Positions 59,091-64,000 of a stretch of DNA of 64,000 bases are shown in pieces (positions within the stretch are counted from its first letter, which is position 1; each line of letters opens with the position of its first letter). The notes under the pieces are model-generated. The model ran no database searches. It was not told the origin of the DNA and worked only from the letters and a program-made list of their open reading frames with translations. Source of the DNA: an uncultured Gammaproteobacteria bacterium (GTDB lineage: Bacteria > Patescibacteriota > Patescibacteriia > UBA9934); NCBI GenBank assembly GCA_964414795.1, contig CAYPWV010000001.1, positions 5,221 to 69,220 of the forward strand, written 5' to 3'. Both the position numbers and the translations under genes were made by a program.

Positions 59091-60116
59091 TTATAATATC
59101 TTAATTTCTTCCGCAAATACCATTCCCGCGTTTGCGAGAGGGATGGCGAGAATTGCACCAGGAATTCCTCCCAGCGTCCAGCCGATAAGCACGGCAAGCA
59201 AGCTAAGAAGCGGATTCATGCCCGTTGCGTGCTGCATGATTTTTGGCACAAGCATATGCCCTTCAACACCTTGAATAAGGAAGTATGCCGCCGCAACGAT
59301 AATTGCATGCACCGGGGAAAGCGAAAGAGCGAGCATAACTGCGGGAACTGCAGAAAACAACGGACCGATAAAGGGAATGACTTCAAGTGTTCCTGCAAGG
59401 AGTGCGAGAATGAGCGCATACGGCACACCAATAAGTGAAAGCGCGATATACGTCAGCACAAAAATAACGCCCATGAGCATGAGCTGGCCCCGAAGCCACG
59501 CACCCAACCGATTGCGCAACTTAATCGTTAACTGATTGATAAACGGATGATATTCGGCAGGAGCAATACGAGAAACGGAAGAAACGATGGCTTGTTTTTC
59601 TGCAACAAAATAGTATGCAAGGATGAGCAGAACCGCGATAGCTGCAAACACGCCAATTGCAGAAGAACCTACACCAAAAATTTGTGGCAACGCCGCAGAT
59701 ACGCCTGCACCGCGCAATGTTGTTACAAACGATGTAATCCAGGCAAGCCCATCTTCATGAAACGATGCGGCGAGTACGCTGCCTGTCGCTTGATCGATAT
59801 AGGGAGCAAACAACGGGATAATATTTCCAAATTCAGCAAGTGCGGGAGGCAGAACTACGTAGAGCAATCCTCCTAAAAGAAGGATGGCGAGAACATACAC
59901 GATGAGCGCGGCAATGCTCCGAGGCATGCGCTTGCGTTCGAGCATGTCGGCAAAGGGTTCCATGAGTACCGCTAAAAACAATGCACCTGTTACCAGCAAA
60001 ATAACATCGCGAATGGCAAATGCAAACCACACTGCTGCACATACAAAAAGCACACGGAATATGGTTCCGGTTGAAATAGCTGTTTGCGTTATGCTCCGTT
60101 TTGAAGAATCCCGCAT
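59091..60116 (-). CDS. AI-2E family transporter
   Basis: W.RGQ, E.IP.IGP, Q..EG..L.P.IM, G..GAILAIP. Confidence 0.92.
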   Translation of the reverse strand: MRDSSKRSITQTAISTGTIFRVLFVCAAVWFAFAIRDVILLVTGALFLAVLMEPFADMLERKRMPRSIAALIVYVLAILLLGGLLYVVLPPALAEFGNIIPLFAPYIDQATGSVLAASFHEDGLAWITSFVTTLRGAGVSAALPQIFGVGSSAIGVFAAIAVLLILAYYFVAEKQAIVSSVSRIAPAEYHPFINQLTIKLRNRLGAWLRGQLMLMGVIFVLTYIALSLIGVPYALILALLAGTLEVIPFIGPLFSAVPAVMLALSLSPVHAIIVAAAYFLIQGVEGHMLVPKIMQHATGMNPLLSLLAVLIGWTLGGIPGAILAIPLANAGMVFAEEIKIL

Positions 60117-60140
60117 ATGGGAGTAGTATACATTGAAAGT

Positions 60141-60584
60141 GTGCCTTCTCTCGCCACCAACCCCAAAGCTCATCACTCCTTCGATCTCATTGAACAATTT
60201 GAGGGAGGTTTGGTGTTAACGGGAGCTGAAGTAAAAGCCGTGATGCAAGGAAGTGCAAACATTAAAGGAGCGTTTGTTACACTTCGCGGTCGAGAGCTTT
60301 GGCTGCGCAATGCCTACATCGGGCACTACACTCCCGCCGGACCACAAAAAGAAGGCGATGAACGAAGAGATAGAAAAATTCTTGCACATAAGAGTGAGAT
60401 CCGCACCCTTATCATGCGCCACGAAACGGAACGGCTTACGCTCATCCCTCTCGACATTCATCTTTCCAAACGCCGGCTGAAAATCACCTTCGCCCTTGCC
60501 CGCGGAAAACGAAAACACGAAAAACGTGCAGCTATAAAGAAACGTGAAGTTGATCGTGAGATTCGAAGGGAGTTGAAGAATTAA
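60141..60584 (+). CDS. smpB: SsrA-binding protein
   Basis: N.KA, E.G.VL.G.EVK, R.RK.L.HK.EI, ARGK...EKR. Probable GTG start. Confidence 0.95.
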   Translation: MPSLATNPKAHHSFDLIEQFEGGLVLTGAEVKAVMQGSANIKGAFVTLRGRELWLRNAYIGHYTPAGPQKEGDERRDRKILAHKSEIRTLIMRHETERLTLIPLDIHLSKRRLKITFALARGKRKHEKRAAIKKREVDREIRRELKN

Positions 60585-60829
60585 GCGAATATAAATCTTT
60601 TTCGTGCAAATGCATGCCCTGAAGGAGTTTTTAAGTATCGTTCGAAATCTCGAGCTTTTTCATTTTCTTTGAAAGCCGCATACCAGACAAGCGTCCAGGG
60701 ACGATATTTTTTTGTGTAAGAAGATTTCCCCTCATTATGCTCAATGAGACGAGCGGACATATCTCGTCCTGTGTACCCATAATAGTATCGACCATCACTT
60801 TCGCTCTTAAGAATATACGCAATATACAT
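60581..60829 (-). CDS. Small GIY-YIG nuclease
   Basis: YIL.S....YYGYT....RL.EHN.G...TK..RPW.L, E.YLK..SG. Confidence 0.9.
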   Translation of the reverse strand: MYIAYILKSESDGRYYYGYTGRDMSARLIEHNEGKSSYTKKYRPWTLVWYAAFKENEKARDFERYLKTPSGHAFARKRFIFA

Positions 60830-61002
60830 ATCAGTTTATGATAACAAAAATACGACCCCTTTCCGGATCATAATTTTATTTGATTCCACTCTGCTCGTTT
60901 AGCGTGCTTCATTTGAGACGCGCCCCACGTCGCCCTCGCTACGCTCGAGCTATGTTGGGGGCATGCCTAACGAAGTTCTGCCTTCGGCAGAACGGAGTGG
61001 CA

Positions 61003-61416
61003 TGGTGGACCCGGGGGGAATTGAACCCCCATCCGTACCACATTCTCCAAAACTCTTTCTTCCAAGCTCATTCGCGTTTAAACGGTTAACGTCTTTTTCG
61101 GTCGAGAAACACGACGAACAGTGAAACCGACGATCATGCAGCAAGAGTCCCGGGCGTAAGGCATGATGCTCACACACAGCAAGTCAGAGATTTATTGCAT
61201 GACGGTGTTATGTACTGACGACATAACGGTCATGGGTGGCGGCGTTATTACGCGGCGACCGGAGCAAATGAGAACGCGCGAGTCGCCGAAGCGAAAGCGG
61301 TCTTCATTTGTGAAAATACGTTTGCATGTACTTTCTGAGGCGTGTGATGACGCGGAACGCCTCGTCCGCGGCTTGAGAGGGATTGGGAATGTAGACGTCG
61401 AAAGCCTAGCAGGCCC
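61003..61416 (-). ncRNA. ssrA: tmRNA
   Basis: 5' GGGCCTG pairs with 3' CGGGTCC-ACCA including G3.U; T-arm GGGGG-TTCAATT-CCCCC; 5' TTCGAC; tag frame ending AA-TAA-TAA; near smpB. Confidence 0.95.
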
Positions 61417-61423
61417 TTGTTAG

Positions 61424-61550
61424 TGATTTGCTACCCAAGTTCGTCCATTTGCGGCGTCGTTTTCTGCGTTTGACCTCGTCGTACTGATGTAGTACGCCTC
61501 GATCAAGCCTCGAAAACTCCTTGCAACTGAACGAACTTAGTAGCAAATCA
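61424..61550. repeat. 127-bp long palindromic element
   Basis: TGATTTGCTACCCAAGTTCGT...ACGAACTTAGTAGCAAATCA arms with a central CGTACT-GATGT-AGTACG. Confidence 0.8.
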
Positions 61551-61645
61551 ACGCGTTCACAGTTCGCCCCTTACTCTACCATTGATCTGGCATTCTCTCA
61601 ATCATTCTGCTATCATTTTTCTAACTTTCATTTAATCCCCCAAAA

Positions 61646-62203
61646 ATGCGCATCCACAAACACCGTAGGTTCCAGGCTCCTAAGTTTGCTCCTCAACTGT
61701 ATAAGGCGAATAAAGCCATTGCCGCAGAAGAAGTGCGAGTCATTGATGAAGAAGGCAAGCCACTTGGCATTCTTCCTACTGCAAAAGCTATTGCTATTGC
61801 CGAAGAACGTGAGCTTGATCTTATTGAAGTTTCTCCAAAAGCAGAACCTCCCGTTTGTCGTATTGGTGATTACGGCCAGTTCAAATATCAAAAAGAAAAG
61901 GAAGCTCGTAAGCAACGCGCGCAATCAAAAGAAGTGGAAATTAAAGGTGTGCGTTTGGGGTTGCGTATTGGCGAAGGTGACCTCAATATGCGCGTGCAGC
62001 AAGGCGCAAAGTTCTTTGAACAGGGTGATAAATTGAAGGTAGAAATGATTCTCCGCGGCCGTGAGCGTGCCTATCAAGCGCAGGCGCAAATCGTATTTGA
62101 TACGTACGTCACCAAGCTCGGCGCATTTTATCCTGTAAAAATTGAATCTCCGGTAAAAGCACAGGCAGGTAAATTGCACATGATTTTAGCGCGACAGACG
62201 TAG
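61646..62203 (+). CDS. infC: Translation initiation factor IF-3
   Basis: N..I...EVRVID, LDL.EV.P.A.PPVCRI.DYG.FKY, RGRE. Confidence 0.97.
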   Translation: MRIHKHRRFQAPKFAPQLYKANKAIAAEEVRVIDEEGKPLGILPTAKAIAIAEERELDLIEVSPKAEPPVCRIGDYGQFKYQKEKEARKQRAQSKEVEIKGVRLGLRIGEGDLNMRVQQGAKFFEQGDKLKVEMILRGRERAYQAQAQIVFDTYVTKLGAFYPVKIESPVKAQAGKLHMILARQT

Positions 62204-62275
62204 GTTCGTGCACAAACGAGTTGACGCATATAAAGAAATTCCGTATACTCCTGCGGAATTTTCTTTTTCCTTTTT

Positions 62276-62473
62276 ATGGCTATCAAGACGAATAAATCCA
62301 TGGTAAAACGCTTTAAAGTAACCACCTCTGGCAAGGTTATGAAGCGAAAAGCCGGACAGGCACACTTCAACTCCCGCGAATCTGGCAATACAACCCGCAA
62401 TAAGCGTACCGACGTTGCAATGCCAAAAACCATTGCTCGTGCGCTTAAAACCCTCATGCCTTATAGCTTCTAA
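62276..62473 (+). CDS. rpmI: 50S ribosomal protein L35
   Basis: KT.K...KRFK.T.SGK; lies between infC and rplT. Confidence 0.95.
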   Translation: MAIKTNKSMVKRFKVTTSGKVMKRKAGQAHFNSRESGNTTRNKRTDVAMPKTIARALKTLMPYSF

Positions 62474-62613
62474 ATCACAAGATCCTGAGCTCGGCGAAGG
62501 ATCTAGCGAACGAATAAGAGATATCTGACAAATGGGTTCTCTGGACCCTTCCTATCGTCAGGGTCTTTCCATTCACTTCAAACTCTTAACTTCATACTTC
62601 AACCTCTCTCCAT

Positions 62614-62958
62614 ATGCCTCGTGTCAAACGCGGTACACAACATGTTAAGCGCCGCAATAACCTTCTCGCTCGCGTAAAGGGCTTTAATTGGGGTCGCAAG
62701 AGCAAAATTCGTCTTGCTCGCACTGCAATGCTTAAGGCAGGTGTTTACGCTTTCCGCGACCGCCGAGCAAAAAAGCGCACTTTCCGCAACTTGTGGACCA
62801 TTAAAATCAATGCTGCAGTACGCGAACTTGGTACCACTTACTCGGTTTTCATCGCCAATCTTAAAAAGGCAAACATCGCTATTGACCGCAAAGTTCTTGC
62901 CGTTTTGGCCGAAAAGAACCCCAAAGTCTTTGCAAAAATCGTAGAAGCTGCAAAGTAA
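62614..62958 (+). CDS. rplT: 50S ribosomal protein L20
   Basis: MPRVKRG, RDRR.KKR.FR.LW...INAA, DRKVLA. Confidence 0.98.
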   Translation: MPRVKRGTQHVKRRNNLLARVKGFNWGRKSKIRLARTAMLKAGVYAFRDRRAKKRTFRNLWTIKINAAVRELGTTYSVFIANLKKANIAIDRKVLAVLAEKNPKVFAKIVEAAK

Positions 62959-62971
62959 CGTTACAAAAGTC

Positions 62972-62999
62972 AAAAAATCCCCCGTTTGGGGGATTTTTT
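62972..62999. terminator. Terminator after rplT
   Basis: AAAAAATCCCCC-GTTT-GGGGGATTTTTT. Confidence 0.85.
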
Positions 63000-63128
63000 G
63001 ACTTTTCCCCCCTTTTATGTTATTATTTATTGTCCGTTTGGGTGCCATCCCGGCTCCCCGACGCAAGTTTCGAGACCCCAAAACCCAAGACGCCGGCAAG
63101 CAAAAACGCCGGCAAAAGGAAAGAGGAA

Positions 63129-63644
63129 TTGCCCACTACACCCCAAAAAACCAACCCCTGGATCTGGATTGGCATCCTCGTCGTCGCCACATCTCTGGGC
63201 CTCGCGGGCGCAAAGGGCTGCGGATCGGCCTACGACTGGCTCAAGTCGGCGGCCGCCGTCCACGATGCGGAGGTCGTCGCCCCCCCGGCCCCGGTCGACG
63301 TCTCCGATCAGCCCTTCAACTGCTCCAACGCCCACGAGATCACCTCCGACCTGGAGGGCAATGGAACGCGGGAGAAGTTCGCAGTGATCCCGCTCAACGG
63401 CGGAGCTTCGGCTCTGTACGTGGAGGGAATCTTCGTGAGCAGCGGGACCTGCTACGAGGGCGCCAACGACACGGTCACTAACGGCGACATCTCGGGACTG
63501 TGCGATGACCTGCAAAGGCGAATCAGCACCGAGCTTCCGACCGGAGGCATCCGCGTCACCGAGCCCCTCATGATTTGGGGGCTCAGGATCCGGTTCGACC
63601 TCGGGTCGGCCGATGGCCTCGAGAAGTGCTCCGCGCCGAGCTAG
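63129..63644 (+). CDS. GC-rich orphan secreted or lipoprotein-like protein
   Basis: TTG after AGAGGA; hydrophobic helix ending AGAKGC; several Cys; third codon positions strongly G/C. Confidence 0.65.
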   Translation: MPTTPQKTNPWIWIGILVVATSLGLAGAKGCGSAYDWLKSAAAVHDAEVVAPPAPVDVSDQPFNCSNAHEITSDLEGNGTREKFAVIPLNGGASALYVEGIFVSSGTCYEGANDTVTNGDISGLCDDLQRRISTELPTGGIRVTEPLMIWGLRIRFDLGSADGLEKCSAPS

Positions 63645-63873
63645 AAGCGGCGCGAGGCAAGAAGGTGACCGTCACAAAACGCTGCCCTGTCGGTTTCGAC
63701 CGATGGGGCAAACCGCTGACAAAGTACTAGGAGATACAACTCCTTCGGACCTGTCAGCGGGAAACTCACGCCTGCTGACAAGTACCGAAGAGCGATCTTC
63801 TGGGAACGTTGGCGGGCGTTTTGCATTTCGAGAAACGCGGGGGCGGATACGTTGATCCGCCCTTACATGCCCT

Positions 63874-64000
63874 TCATCGCAAGGCTTCAAAGATTTGCTC
63901 ATCTTGGAAACCCCACGCTTTTAATTTCGAAAAGATCTTCACATTGATAATTCTGTGAAGATCATGTTGTATTGTATATTTCGCACCAGTAACAGGATGA
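63874..64000 (-). CDS. 3' end of a gene entering from the window edge, possibly HicA-like
   Basis: Hand translation ...HPVTGAKYTIQHDLHRIINVKIFSKLKAWGFQDEQIFEALR*. Confidence 0.35.
   Translation of the reverse strand, partial: HPVTGAKYTIQHDLHRIINVKIFSKLKAWGFQDEQIFEALR

Noticed and set aside
60581-61416. Prophage or integrative island at ssrA
   Set aside because: No integrase, no duplicated tmRNA 3' end and no phage genes seen.
61646-61648. infC apparently starting with ATG rather than ATT
   Set aside because: The start cannot be fixed from sequence alone and start-codon variation in infC is known.

Overview
A 64-kb chromosomal window from a small-genome bacterium. Gene content and protein families suggest Patescibacteria/CPR, plausibly Uhrbacteria-like, but that is an inference. 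Housekeeping genes: gatA/gatC, ligA, rnhA, recJ, murG, pyrG, ftsW, mraY, rpmA, a divergent rplI, smpB with ssrA (tmRNA), and infC-rpmI-rplT. Envelope genes: type IV pilus genes, rmlBCD, several glycosyltransferase clusters, and a module of S8 protease, TPR protein, a giant acidic S-layer-like protein, a DUF5667-like protein and an ECF sigma factor. Acquired DNA: an AT-rich HaeIII-like (GGCC) type II restriction-modification pair, and a complete IS1595-family element (24-bp TIRs, 8-bp TSD) carrying a trypsin-like protease. Main unexplained signals: (1) a ~500-nt, ORF-free, hairpin-dense minus-strand transcription unit at about 34794-35298, with its own sigma70 promoter and terminator, which is a candidate novel large ncRNA; (2) two tandem micro-cassettes (17544-18129) sharing promoter, RBS and terminator but carrying unrelated small ORFs; (3) many palindromic and heptamer repeat families that nest in each other, sit in frame inside genes (including gatA) and supply stop codons; (4) tandem hairpins with sarcin-ricin-like motifs behind a GC-rich orphan gene; (5) several proteins with substituted catalytic residues. 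All calls are by eye; no database searches or folding programs were run.
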